Assembly (NCBI GenBank): GCA_964016885.1
Contig: OZ024740.1
Span: 428,606,001-428,670,000, forward strand
Reading direction: 5' to 3'
DNA length: 64,000 nt
Source: Eledone cirrhosa
Lineage: Eukaryota
Under the pieces are notes generated by a model. The model worked only from the letters and a program-made list of their open reading frames with translations, had not been told where the DNA came from and searched no databases. Positions 37,511-52,049 of the stretch are shown piece by piece; position 1 is the stretch's first letter; each line of letters begins with the position of its first letter. The position numbers were made by a program, and so were the translations under genes.

Positions 37511-37982
37511 CTAATGTATTGGTACGCGATGGGGCCCAACGACAGCCCCGGCGGACAGAATGGAGAAGGCGTTTCCCCGGAGAACAGCAAGGGAGACGCG
37601 CTTGAAAAGCCACTCCAACTCGCGGGGCTCACACCTGCTGCTGGCCAGCTCAGCGCCTATGGTGGTGAGTAAGGAGGTAGTCCTGGAGCCGAGGACACCA
37701 GAAGTTTCCACTGCCAGGGGAACGACCGCAAACCTGTCGGAGAGCGACCGGTATTTGAGGAGTTTGGCCCCCTCAGCCGGACGTGCAGCAGAACCTGGGT
37801 CAGTCGCAGACTGCACCAGGTTGCGGCTGCAGAAAGTGTCGGTGCAAGTGGCATCCCAGACGAGGGGTTTGCCACCGTGGAACGGGAAGATGGTCATGCC
37901 ATCTGGCCTTTTGCCGTCCCCTCGATCCAGCCCCACCGGCTCGAGCTGCGAAGGGAAGCCTGCAGCGTCCAAGCCATGCTTA
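37511..37982 (-). mobile_element. CRE-type LINE 3' fragment encoding a restriction-like endonuclease
   Basis: EP..L...DGKRPDG...WD.T...AE..K..KY...P.AVET.G..G...RVSLAVLRGNA motif order. Confidence 0.8.
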
Positions 37983-38239
37983 ATGATATGTGTTTGTAGA
38001 TAAGTATGTATATAAGTATATATGCCAGTGTACGTCACAAAAAGAAGAAGACAAGTGTCTCACCATGTTTAATAATATCTGACTGATAAAATGACAAATC
38101 AGTCAATCATATTGGTAGCCGCACCACAGCCCCGGCGGACAGAATAGAGAAGGCGTTTCCCCGGTGGACGGTAAGGGAGACGTAGGCTATGGTGGGGGTT
38201 GGTGACATTGCCGTAGTTATATTTGAAAATACTGGAAAA

Positions 38240-38392
38240 TATTGTTTCTACTTTTGGCACAAGGCCATCAATTACCCAGTTCATTACTGGTACTTTATTT
38301 TATCGACCTCGTAAGGATGAAAGGCAAAGTTAACCTCGGAGGGATTTGAACTCAGAATGGCAAGGGCCGTAACTCTATGCGTCAAAGCATAA
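38240..38392 (-). mobile_element. tRNA-derived SINE
   Basis: Same SINE core as 12268-12448. Confidence 0.8.
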
Positions 38393-38537
38393 TATTACAA
38401 CCTAATGATGAGACTTCTGCTTCAATCTTGGCTGATAAAATCTTTAACTAACCTGGCGAGTTCACGTTATGAATTCTCGTTTTAAAATATATATGTCCTT
38501 ACGATATGTCCTTACTTAAAATTGAAAATATAGTATA

Positions 38538-39172
38538 CTAGCTGTGGTACCCGGCGTTGCACAGGATAAGGTATTTTGGAACGCGGGCCGCCAACAGACC
38601 TAATCGTGGAAAAACTGCATGCCTGGACAATAGGTAAAGAATAAACCGAATACTCTGATGGCTGGATAGCCTTTAAGATTTTCCTAGATGAAGCAGGAAA
38701 AATGCAGGTTTTCACCTAATGCGGGCCCTAGGGGATCAAGAAAATGAATTTTTTTTATGTGCATAATATGCCTTGAAATTTCGGGCAAATCGGCTAGACA
38801 TAACGCCTCAAAAAAGCCCTAAAAAGCTGAAAAATAGGCCATAAAAAAGTTGGATTTTCTTTGCTCACGGTATGAAGAAGAGACTGACTGATACATAGTT
38901 ACAATTTCGAGGAAATCGGTCTGACGTAACGCCTCAAAAGACCCCTAAAAAGTTGAAAAAACACAGTTTTTCACCTAATGCGGGCCCCAGAGGATCAAAA
39001 AGTTGAATTTTTTTTATGTGCATAGCACTCTCTGAAACATAAGTAATACACATGTAAAGTTTGAAAAAGTCGGTTGGGTATTTCTCGGGTTTTAGGGATT
39101 CAAATTCACAGACACAGACACACACACACACTCACACACACACACAGGCATCTTCAGTTTTATATATATAGA
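38538..39172 (-). mobile_element. Non-autonomous Helitron with internal duplication
   Basis: Minus strand starts TCTATATATATAAAACTGAAG then (TG)n; ends with hairpin CCTGTGCAACGCCGGG and CTAG|T; segments ~38705-38835 and ~38900-39022 are repeated. Confidence 0.75.
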
Positions 39173-41527
39173 CAAGCAGAAAACCACCCGGTGGGCGGTT
39201 TTCTGCTAGCAAATCTAGTGTATATACTGATATTGTTGAGATTTGGATGAGAAATGTTTTCGGCACCACATGTTCACCGTCTCTCGGTGTGTCTTTTATG
39301 CGTGTATAAATATATATGTTATCTATACGGTGAAATCTTTGAAATAAATATATGTTAAAACGAAAAAGGAGAAAATAAATAACTGGCGGTTAGAAAAAAA
39401 TATTCCTATGAAATTTTAATCATACCATTAGGTGTGAATAAGGAAATATTTTTTTATTGTCAAAACAAATGTTCAAAAGTTAAACTTCAATTTTTTTTAT
39501 TATTTCCAATTTTTTCATGAAATTGAACACTGTACATTGGCTGCTGGAAATGGAAATTAAATCGTATTTAATTGTATTTAAATTTCTAACCTTATTTTAT
39601 TATTTATATTTTTTCAATAAGAAATAAAAAAATCAACAAAAAAAATTGAAGAAAAGAATTGAACAAATCAAACGTAGGTTATGGAACTGCGCAATCTGAT
39701 TAATAAATTACCTCATCGGCAGCAACCTTCTTCAAATGGTCCTTATTATCAGCAGCAACAACCACAAATTCAATGGCAACCTGCTTCGCATGGTGTCAAG
39801 TCAGAACCGCCTCGAACTGGTTACTTCTGGCTTGTGCAACGTGTCTCTATAGCAATCAGCGATTCCCTCGGCCTCAGTGACCAAAGTCAGTGGAGAGGGG
39901 AAGGTAATGTTTCTATAGCGACAGTGTTTCTCTTGGTAGTACCAAAGTGGAGAAAGGAAGGGGAAGGTAATATTTCTGTAGCACGTGTTTTAGCGTCTAT
40001 TCACTCTCTCTCTCTACCTCTCTCCCTCCCGCTATCCCCCTCTCGTAGTCTGTCTCTTTCTTTCACTCTCACTCTCTCTCTACGCACGTGTTTCCACTGT
40101 CGGACAGACAGACAGAGAAATTGCTGGTTATATATATAAGTAGATAATATATATATGTGTGTGTCTGTGTGTGTCTGTGTGGTTGTGTGTGTGTGTGTGT
40201 CTGTGTGTATAGTTCAAGAATAAATAAAAACAAACAGAGATGCAAAAAACAATCTGGGTGTGGGCGTGCGTGCATTTGTGTGTATAAAGAGAGATAGAGA
40301 GAAAGAGAGAGTGAGAGAGAAAGAAAGAGAGAGAGCGAGAGAGAGAGAAATTATATATATATCATCTTAAACTGAACTATCGGTACCCGGAATTTTCGAT
40401 TTCAATACAAATTCCCAAAGAAATCAAATGACTGACCGAAGTCTCCGCAGTACAGAAAGTCATTTGTGAGTCACTAAGGTATTACTTTCACAAGGTCTAC
40501 CTTTATTCAGTTTCCTCTTTATATGTTTATACCATTGTGACACCTTCTCTAGTGTCACCAGACCCGGCACTGCTGTCAACCAAGCTGAACAAGGTAAACT
40601 GTCCAACGGTCACTTTCAGATAGGTCTGTAAATAAATACTGCAAGTATTTTATCCACCAATACAGTGATTCTGCCGCCAAAACAGCGTTAAAATATAACA
40701 ATAATTATAATGGTATCGACTCTAAGATTTAAGTTAGTAACTTATTTTAACTGGATGATGTCTAAAAACATGTGACTGATGAAATGACAAGTCAGTCGTA
40801 GAGTCTAGTGGAGTCTTCGGGTGTTCTTCACGTTCGCCCTCGTCAGACCACAACCCTACTTACATTTAATGGTGCAGTGTTGGCTGTCCGCTGGTGCGAG
40901 ACCCACGAGGTGGAGTAGCTGTTCCAGCACGTTTCTCTCACCGTCCTCCATAGCAGTGTAATCCCCATCCTGTCAGCCGGGATCAGAGGGTAAGTTAGTT
41001 GGAAGTGTGTGTGTGTGGGGGGGGGGTACAATTTCGGACGTCACATCTACACGAGATGGATAAAAGCTAGGACATTATTTTGAAATGTACTGTAGCTGAT
41101 TAAGGGACATGTGACTATTCATGTTTTTAATTAGCAATATGTGTGTGGGTTTGTGTGTGGGTGTGTGTGTGTTGGTGTGTGTTGGTGTGTGTTTCTGTGT
41201 GTTTCTGTGTGTTTGTGTGTGTTTGTGCGTGTTTGTGTGTGTTGGTGTATGTTTGTGTGTGTTTCTGTGGGTTTGTGTGTGCTTGTGTGTGTTTGTGTGT
41301 GTTTGTGTATGTTGATATATGTTTGTGTGTGTTTGTTTGTTGGTGTGTGTTTGTGTATGTTTATGTATATTTGTGTATGTTTGTGTGTGTTGGTGTACGT
41401 CTGTGTGTGTTTGTGTATGTGTGTGTGTGTCTGTGTGCGTGTGTGTGTGTGTTTGAGTGTCTGTTAATAGAAATATACCATTAACATTTACATTCCGATG
41501 TATGTGTTTATATATTACAAACATAAA

Positions 41528-41614
<87 letters not shown>

Positions 41615-41649
41615 GTGTGTGTGTATATATATATATATACACACACAGT

Positions 41650-42829
41650 TCAAGAGTAACCAATCTTAAAGTGAGAGATGGAGATAGGAGAGGAGATATG
41701 AGAGGAGAGATTGGTGAATTAGTTAGAAGCCAAAGCGTAAAGGCATGTGGTCAATGTGCAATATGCAGTAGAAAGCAGCTAAGTGGCTGGGTTCATGCAG
41801 AGGTTAGGAGCGCAGAGCTGGAAATATTCATTAGTTAAGCAAAACAAGACCACAAATTTCACAAGGAAGACATTATTAAAAGATTGTCAACATATTTAGT
41901 TTGATGTAAGGAATGTAGAGAATAATAATAATAGTAATATTAATAATAATAATGCCCGTTTACAATTGTTCCGCTACTCCATATAATATTTCTGGATCAG
42001 ATGACTATGTATCATAATTGATCTGGTTCAGTTGAAAATAATTAACATATTTAAAAAAACAGAGTGGCTCATCGGAACTCAAAGGAATAAATTAAAATTA
42101 AAATAATGTTACATAATATAATGTTCCATATATTAGTTTTTACTATTGTGCCTTTGTTTCATCAGCTGTCAGCCATAATCAAGCAGTACTCATCTGTCGA
42201 GGCTGCATTGTGTGAGATCTGCCTATGAGTAACAAGATGGCTGCCAAAGGGCATATTTACCTTACTAATTAGAGGGTGGTTTCAGGGAAAGTAACTTATC
42301 GAGAGATTAAAGATTGTGTGTATTTTATAGTTATGTGCTAGTAATTAAATTATTTAATTGAGAGACAATGTAACTTATAATTATCGAGTTGTTCATAGCA
42401 ATTTCAGTTATTAGCTACAATTAGAGATGGGGCTACATGACTAAGTTGGGTCAAAAACTCTATTGGCGAAGGAATTAGCCCTTCGGTGTTGACAGCTAAT
42501 GGTTACCTCCGTTCTATCGTTAATTGGTAGAGGTCTTGATAGAGTTATGTAATATGCTTCCGTAACACAGAGATCACAAGATTTTCTTCGTCCATTGAAC
42601 GGTTGGGCCCTAGCTACGATATCCCACTTTAATGAAGATCAATTATGATACATAGTCATCTGATCCAGAAATATTATATGGAGTAGAGAAACAATTGTAA
42701 ACGGGCATTATTATTATTAATATTACTATTATTATTATTCTCTACATTCCTTACATCAAACTAAATATGCTGACAATCTTTTAATAATGTCTTCCTTGTG
42801 AAATTTGTGGTCTTGTTTTGCTTAACTAA

Positions 42830-42836
<7 letters not shown>
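41650..42836 (-). mobile_element. 5'-truncated Penelope-like element: inverted terminal repeat, GIY-YIG C-terminus, terminal repeat with variant hammerhead, tail
   Basis: Arms ~41826-42023 and ~42637-42836; minus strand ~42440-42634 gives SLKWDIVARAQPFNGRRKSCDLCVTEAYYI...INDRTEVTISCQHR; variant hammerhead at 41977-42036; (TA)n flank. Confidence 0.8.
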
Positions 42837-42911
<75 letters not shown>

Positions 42912-43036
42912 TATATCTATACACACACACACATATATATATATATACATATACATATACACATATACATATACATATACATATATATATACATATATAT
43001 ATATATACACACACATATATATATATATGAAATATA

Positions 43037-43110
43037 TATTACCCACTCTACTACCCTAAGTATTGAGTAGTCTGGTGCGTTATGGTCCATCTGGTTCCTT
43101 ACCACAACTG
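43037..43110 (+). mobile_element. Family A tail fragment
   Basis: TATTACCCACTCTACTACCCTAAGTATTGAGTA...GGTTCCTTACCACA matches 31920-31990. Confidence 0.65.
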
Positions 43111-43127
43111 TTTATCTCTCTCTCTCT

Positions 43128-43204
<77 letters not shown>

Positions 43205-43563
43205 GAGAGAGGTATGGGGAAAGAGAGGGGATACGGGTGGGAGTAAGCCCTAGGGGACTAGAAAAAGGCGACATCACAGTACAAACCTCGATCCCTACTA
43301 TGAAAAACTCCTGTTTGTACGTCTAAAATATCAAAGTCTCCCTAGATTAGATTACTTCAATATAATCCTAATTGCTTTAATCTCACACATTCATGTCTGC
43401 CCACGTTCTAACGTATCGCTAATGTCACGTGTTACCTGCAACAAATCTCATTGGTCACTTCAGTGAAGAGTTGTACAAGATATTTAAAACAGCCTTCTCT
43501 CTTTTTTCGTTCTTTCTCTTTCCCACATAATCTTTCTCCCTGTCTCTCTCTCTCTCTCTATCG

Positions 43564-43637
<74 letters not shown>

Positions 43638-43680
43638 ATCTCTATTTCTCTCTCTCCCTTTCTCTTTTTCTCTCTCTCAC

Positions 43681-43758
<78 letters not shown>

Positions 43759-43844
43759 TATCGCTATCTCTCTCTCTCTCTCTTTATCTCTATTTCTCTT
43801 TCTCCCTTTCTCTTTTTCTCTCTCTCATATAATCTATCTCCCTG

Positions 43845-43875
<31 letters not shown>

Positions 43876-44753
43876 CTCTATCGCTATATCTCTCTCTTTA
43901 TCTCTATTTCTCTTTATCTCTATTTCTCTCTCTCTCTTTCTCTTTCTCTCTCTCACACAATGTTTCTCCCTGTCTCTCTCTCACACTCTCTCTTTCTCTA
44001 TCTCTCCATCGCTCTCTCTTAATCTGTCTTCCTCTCTTTCTCTCTCTATCTTTCGTTCTTTCTCTCTTCCTTTCTCCCTCTCTCTCTTAATCCCTCCCCC
44101 TCTATCTCTCTTCATCTTTCGCTTCTCTATATATCTATCTACATGTCTCTCTCTCTCTCGCTTACCCTCTCTACATTCTATCTATGCCCCAATCTTCCAG
44201 CGCCTCATTCATATATGCATACTAGCAAACACACACACACACATACACATGCAAACACACACACATACACATGCAAACACACACACACATACACATGAAA
44301 ACACACATACATACACACATACACAGATACACACTCGCATACATACACACACCTACACGCATATACACACATGCACACATTCAAAAACATACAAAAACAC
44401 AGCCAGGTGCATGTTGGTGTATATATGTATATTAGTGTACGGTATGTGTGTATATATCTGTATATGTGTTTATGTATATTAATGTATGGTACGTGTATAT
44501 ATATATCTATATGTATATGAGTGTATGGCTCGAGTGTATATATCTGTATACGTATGTTTATAAATGTATGGTCCGTGTATATATATCTATATCTATATAT
44601 GTGTGATGTATATATCTTTATATGTGTGTATGTATATAATTGTATGGTGTGTATATATATATATATGTGTGTATGTGTGTTTATTTATATCTATATATAT
44701 GTGTATATAAGTGTATATATCTATATATACATATATATATATATGTGTATATA

Positions 44754-44797
<44 letters not shown>

Positions 44798-44903
44798 TAG
44801 ATATATATATATATATATATATAAGTAAAAATTAGCGAGAATCGAATTTCAGCCCATGAAATAACGAGAAAACACTTTCGAATTGTGAGGCAAGCGCTCA
44901 ATT

Positions 44904-44958
<55 letters not shown>

Positions 44959-45123
44959 TTCTCTGTATATATATGTATATATATATATATGTGTATATAT
45001 ATATCTATATCTATCTATATATATATATATGTATATATATATATCTATATCTATCTATATATATATATATATGTATATATATATCTATATCTATCTATCT
45101 ATATATATATATATATATATATA

Positions 45124-48100
45124 GTGTACGGAGAAAATGGTTCATTCACAATCCATTCCCCCCCGGAACTAAAAAGCCAGAGACTCCTAAACACGGTCAT
45201 GTTTAGGACAATCTCGAACAAAATTAAAAAACCAGCTCAACCATCAGAGTGAGATAGAGCTGGTTTTAAAAGACGTCATGAAGGACATCACCTTCATTCA
45301 GAAGGATAGACTCTACGGGAGTCTATCCATTCTCATGAAGGACAGGGACACAGCAGTGAAACTGTCCATCAAACCAATCACATCCACCGCATACACCTTC
45401 TACCCTACGTACGTGGGTAGAAGAACACAAAAAATAAAAATCCACACCATCCTGCCGATTATGGACATATGGTGGGTTTTGACAGGTTTCCTGGACCTGG
45501 AGGATGACATGCTCGTGTCCATGGGAAAGGCATCGGGTGACGCGTTCAGTGGAACGAGCCTCGAACTTGTAGTTCAAATGAGGCCCGAAAGGATCGCCCA
45601 GATCCCTGAACGCGTCATACTGGATGATCTAACCTTCATTAACATTACCGTTGAGCGTAGACGGCCCTCGTGTTACCTCTGCGGAACCAGAGGTCACCTG
45701 AGGGCTGTCTGTCCCCAACTTAATAAGAAAACCCCAATCCTGCCTACACCACCAACAACTGCACAACCAACACAATCACCACAACTACCACTATAAAAAC
45801 AACCACCACAGCTCAAACCAAAACAAAACAATGTCCAACCCATCCCCCCCACTCAAAAAACAAAAACAATTTCCAAAACACCCGTACCGCAAACACAACC
45901 CGAAAATATACCCCTCCCCTCCAATGCGGAAGATGACCCTAGTTCGTCGTCAGACGAGGAGGAGCACTTCCACACAATCAAAAGAAAAAAAAGAAAAACA
46001 CACCTCAGACACACAAATGAAAACAACCCCTCCCCAAAACATAACACTGACACCAACACAAAAGAGCTCACAACAACAGCAAACAAAAAACACCACACAA
46101 AAACAAAAACATGCATACACATACATAAACACAAGAAACAAAAAACTGTTAAACATTGTGTACAACAACAATCTAATAAAAACACAAGGGCCTAACTTCA
46201 CCCAGGCAGGGGATATCCCCCACCTCGAAATGATTAAGGCCCCACAGGACACCTATAAAACTTTAAAAAACAATTTTAAAGCGGACGTGGGTCCCCCCTG
46301 CGTCGGGCCCATTAACCGCGTCCTCCTAAAAAACTATCCCACCCCCTCCCCAAACACCCACACAACTCCAAGCTCCCCAACCACACAACTCCAAGCTCCC
46401 CAACCACACAACACACTGATGCCCCTACACTTCCACAAACCACCACACCACCCAACAACCCATCCCCCACCCTAATGGAAATTGTGCAGCCCGTTACCCG
46501 GGACGCAGAGAGGTAAGTGCCTTTTCTTTTCACCACCAACATGGCTATGCTAAGAGTAGGCTGTTTAAATGCGCGTGGCCTGGGCTCAACTTGGAAGCAA
46601 GCAATGCTTCTAAATGACCTCAGGTCACAACGTATAGATGTGATGGTTATTTGCGAGGCCCGAATCAGCAACGTGCGACAGCTGGCCCCCACCTTTGATG
46701 ACTTTGAGATGCACGCATCTCTCTGTCAGCCCGGAGGTGGGGGTGGAGTTGTCGTTCTGCTGCAAAAACATCTGGGTCTCGCAACACAGATGGTACATTT
46801 GGACTCGGAGGGTCGACTAGTGGTTCTGGACCTTGGCAGTGGTAAAGGCGGAGCGTTTAGGTTGGTAGCCGCCTACGGCCCTTTCGGGTCAATGCGGCCG
46901 GACTTCTTCCATCGTCTGGAGACTTTTCTAGGGACATCCCGCTCCTTGCTATTAGTGGGGGACTGGAATGGTATCCTAGATGCACGCTGGGACTACGTAG
47001 GGGCCTGTCCCGATAGAGAGGGGCGTAATAGCCTCAAAGGGTTAATCGGTCGATTTGACCTGGCCGATAGATATCGACTAGATTTTCCGACTGCGCCAAC
47101 CTGGGCTTGGGCAAATCGTAGCGGATCAACTAGGTCGTACCTAGATAGGTTCTTAGTTAGAATTAAGGATAAGGACTTTTTAAGTTGTCCAAAAATGCGC
47201 ATGGTTGGCTATTCAGACCACAAATTAGTGACCTGCATGGTCAACCTTGACAGAACTCATAGACAGGGACCCGGTTACTGGAAGCTCAACTTGTCCTTAC
47301 CGGCAAGTAAGGCTTACAGGAACCGGATTAGCACTTTAGTTAAGGAGCGGTTGACGGGCGCCATCGTCAACAGCAGGTGGTGGGGATCTCTCAAAAGAGA
47401 GATTAGAGTAGTCTCTATAGAATTTAGTAAGGAGTTAGCCTACAATAGAAATAGGAAGGAAAGGGAGTTGGTAGATAGTGTAGAAGAGGCAATTAGAAGC
47501 GGCGACGTGGCCAGAGTGCTAGCGTCGAGAACGGCCCTGGGCCAGTTCTTCGATGCGAAACACGAAGGCTGCATCGTCCGAAGCAAAATACGTGCTCTGG
47601 GAAACGAGGGGACCAAAGCTGTTAGCTGGGCCCGCGTGAAAGAAGCCAAAAGAGGGAGCAGATCCACTATCCGGTCTTTGCGAGACCAGGATGGACGGGT
47701 GATCCTTGAACCTAAGCAGATGTGCGAGGCTTTTCAAAAGCACTTTGCCGAATTGTTCGGAAGGGGCGGGGGGCCGGTTGGGGACGTGGACTTCGGTCCA
47801 TACCTCGACGGCCTGCCGCGTCTCTCGGACAGGGAGGCGAAGTCCTGCGAGGAGCCGATTTCAGCCGCTGAGATAGAGGACGTGCTGAGCCAATGCGGCA
47901 AACGCAAATCCCCGGGTCTCGATGGTCTTCCATACGAACTATATCTAGCTATGCCGGACTTGTTCCCCGAACTCCTCGAGGCGGTCTACTGCAACTGGCA
48001 ACAGAACGGGAGAATTCCCTGTGCTGTGACCAAGGGCGTAGTCACGCTAGTGAGGAAGGACGAGAACAAGGGGGACGATATAAATAATTTCAGGCCCATA

Positions 48101-49912
48101 ACTCTGCTAAATACAGAGTTACAGATTTTGGCCAAGGTGCTAGCAAAGAGGTTGGCGCTTGTCGTGGGCAACCTGGTGGGAGATGCGCAGACATGCGCTA
48201 TCCCGTCCAGGTCCATCCACGATAACCTCCACCTCATGCGATACATCATAGAGAGGGTTGGGAACGAACCCGGCTTTGGTGGGGCCCTGATCAACTTGGA
48301 TCAATCTAAGGCATTCGATAGGGTCGACCATGGTTACCTGGATGCGGTGCTAGCGGCGGCAGGCTTCGGACTTGTTTTCAGGGGCTGGATCAATGCCATG
48401 CACAGCAGCCGCATCTGCTCTAGGGTCAAGGTGAACGGCTACCTTTCGGAGCCGTTCGAAATCGCGCGGTCCATCCGACAGGGGTGCCCTCTCTCCTCCC
48501 TTCTGTATGTAGTGACTCTAGAGCCACTGCTGCGGAAGTTGGAGTTGTTGCAGGGCATCCCGTTGGAACCGGGATTGCGGAAAGCGGTGTCAGCCTACGC
48601 CGATGACGTAACAGTAATGGTGTCGACGGCCTCGGAAATCGGGGCGATCGGCACCTTACTGGAGGAGTACGAAAGGTTTACAGGGGCTAAGCTGAACCGG
48701 GACAAGTCGATCGGTCTGCAACTCGGCACGTGGAGGGGCAGATCGATGCCCTCCGATGGCGTCGTCGGGCGCTGGGCGGAGGGCCCGGTGAAGTTGCTCG
48801 GGGTCTGGTTCGGACCAGACCTCCAGGTGGAGAAGAACTGGGGTGAGGTGACGAGCAGGGTGTTTGCACTGACCCAGAAGTGGGCCGAGTGCAAACTGTC
48901 CCTGAAAGGTCGGGCGGAGGTGGCGAACACTTATATAACGTCCGTCATCTACTACCGCCTGACCGTGGTGCCTTGCCCAAGGGAAACGCTCGCCAAAATG
49001 GAGCGCGCACTCTTCTAATTCCTTTGGAAGAAGCGGGCTCCTATGGTGAGGAGATCCATCTGCTGTCAACACCCTTCGAAAGGAGGGCTGGGGATGCCGT
49101 GGCTGGTGATACGTAAACACGCATTAAGGCTACGGCACCTTCAGGTATTCCTCTCCGGTCAACCGGTGTGGGCCCCGTTTGTGAGGCGAGCCTTTCCCAG
49201 ACTCGTCTCACTCACCGAGCTGCAATCCTGGGTCAAGCAAAGACCGAGAAAACTGGGCGTCTGGCACACCGAGTGTGCCCAGGCGCTCACGGCTCTCTGG
49301 CAGGCGGACCCGGCTGTCAGTGGAGAATCCACCTCGTCATTCTATAGAGGGCTGGTGGTTAGCAGGTGCGACGACGCCCTCGGAGAAGCCCTAGGCATGG
49401 AGGAAGACGAACTGGCCAACCTGTTCGGTAGGACATTCAGCCCGGGACCCATGGATAACTTCCAGAGGTCCCTGGCCTGGCAATGCTACAGAAGGGGTCT
49501 GCCCGTTCGAGAAAGGCTCTACAGACACGGGCGCCCGGGTAGGGATCCATCGAAAAAGGTCTGTCCCAGATGCGCGTGTGACGAGGAAACCGTTGCACAC
49601 GCATTGGTACACTGCTCGGGCATTGCCGATCTGTGGGGCTATGTCGAACAACTGCTGTCAAGGGTGGGACCGATCCGGTTGACCACCGAGTCTATTGTAA
49701 CGATCAAGCCGCCTCCCCTCTTCAAAAACGAAGGAGAGGCGGTGTTTCTGTGCGTAATAGCCATGGCGAAAGAGGTTGTATGGCGGACGCGTCTGAAAGG
49801 ACTGAGGTCAGACACCTTTCTCTCTGGCCAACAACTGGTCCGTTTCTTCCGATATCATTTCGGAAGAAGGATCAGGATGGAGAGAGAGGTGCTCCACCCC
49901 AGCCGTTTCTAT
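45124..49912 (+). mobile_element. Tx1-type LINE copy C (5'-truncated in ORF1, runs into the assembly gap)
   Basis: Disrupted ORF1 with CYLCGTRGHLRAVC; ORF2 homologous to copy B; 5' flank is TA/TATC repeat. Confidence 0.92.
46541..49912 (+). pseudogene. ORF2 of copy C with premature stop (CAA>TAA at 49016-49018)
   Basis: Other copies read LFQFLW; here LF*FLW, with the frame continuing as ORF 49043 onward. Confidence 0.9.
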
Positions 49913-50112
49913 NNNNNNNNNNNNNNNNNNNNNNNNNNNNNNNNNNNNNNNNNNNNNNNNNNNNNNNNNNNNNNNNNNNNNNNNNNNNNNNNNNNNNNNN
50001 NNNNNNNNNNNNNNNNNNNNNNNNNNNNNNNNNNNNNNNNNNNNNNNNNNNNNNNNNNNNNNNNNNNNNNNNNNNNNNNNNNNNNNNNNNNNNNNNNNNN
50101 NNNNNNNNNNNN
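49913..50112. other. Assembly gap (200 N)
   Basis: Run of N. Confidence 1.
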
Positions 50113-50587
50113 GAGAGAGAGACGTGTATGTGTATAGATCTATATATATGTGTATAACCGAAACGTAAAGTTTATGACAGCTGATGTTAAAACTATTATC
50201 ACTGTGGTGTAATTATAGGGTGGTGATCATGGTAATTACCACCATACGGGTGACTTGGTCCACACAACCACACACATACATATATACATACCTACATAGA
50301 TACATACACATACATACATACACACATACACATACATACATACATACACACATACACATACATAGATACATACACATACTGACATATACACACATATACA
50401 TACCTACATACACACATACACATACATAGATACATGCACATACATACACATACATACACATACACACACATATACATATATATATTAACATGTATATACC
50501 ATTGTAAGCCTACAGCTAAAAATATATACCTAAATTTATATACACACAAACTCAATCACAAGCATAAATACGCCAACGCATATATAT

Positions 50588-50651
<64 letters not shown>

Positions 50652-50839
50652 GGTAGGTGTTTAGGTGTTTATGTAAATGTATACACGTGAAATGTTATAT
50701 ACACAAAGGCGACTTGGGCAATATAAATTGCTTCTGTATGACTGTTTGCCTCCCATATATTCATATTCATTCTCTGTACATATGTTTCTTGAAACATTGT
50801 TTTTTACGACCTACCTCTCTACCTACTTATCTATCTATC

Positions 50840-52013
50840 AGCCTGTAGGTGGAAAAGAGGAAGGAACGAGGGAGCACCCTCTCTCTGTGCTCCTGAGGAG
50901 AAGGGGTTGCACACTTTTTTCGGGGGGGGGGGGGGGGACCCCAAGCGCCCCCTCCCTATTGAGGACTTTATTGTTAATTTTATATTTGTTATTTGTTTTC
51001 TTTCCTCGCCTTTTTGTGTAAACTCCCCCCATTGTACTTGTCTCCTTCTTTTACGCCCTAGTGGCAATAAATAGAAATCTATCTATCAATCTATTTGTCT
51101 ATCAAGCGGGCACGGCAATCAGTGGAGACTCCACTTCGACATTCTATAGAGGGTTAGTACTTTACAAGTGAGACGACGTGCTCGGGGAGACTCTAGGCGT
51201 CGAATCCGACGAGCTCACCAGACTGTTCGGTAGGAGTTCCGCCCGGGATCTATGGACTACTTCCAGATGTCCCTGGCCTGGCAGTGCTACCGAGGAGCTC
51301 TACCCTTTCGAGACAAGATCTACAGGCATGGACGCCCCGGCAGGGATCCTTCCAAGAGGACGTGTCCAAGATGCGAGCAGGACATTGAAACCGTCTTGCA
51401 CGCAATTGTACACTGCCCGGACGTAAGCGACCTGTGGAACTATGCAGAACAACTGCTGTCGCGTATGGGACAAATACAGTTGACTGCCGAGTCCATAGTA
51501 AGGATCAAACCGCCAGCCTATTTCAAAAACGAAAGAGAGGCGGTTTTCCTCTGTACAGTGGCTATGGTGAAAGAGGTTATATGGTGGACAAGTTTGAGAG
51601 GACTGAGGACAGATGCCTTTCTCTCCGGACAACAACTCATTCCATTCTTTAAGTATCACTTTAGAAGGAGAATCAGAGTGGAGAGAGAGACACTGCACCC
51701 CAGTAAATTTACTGAAAGGTGGGTGAATGAAGCGAAAATGGCCCGAGTGATTGGGCCTTCTCTGTTTATAAGCCTGTAGGTTAAAGAAGAGAGCAAAAGG
51801 AAGAAAGGAGCACTTGCACAACATGCTCCTGAAGTTGGGGGTTGTTCTATCGACGAGGTATTAAACAACCGCTTTGTGGCGCCTCCCCCCTATTGGGGAC
51901 TTCGATTGTTATAATTGTTTATTTCAATATTTTTACACGACTGTATGTAAAATCCCCGGCATGTGTCTTTGTATTGTCCCATTTTCTTGTGCGCCCTTGT
52001 GGCAAATAAAGAA

Positions 52014-52049
<36 letters not shown>

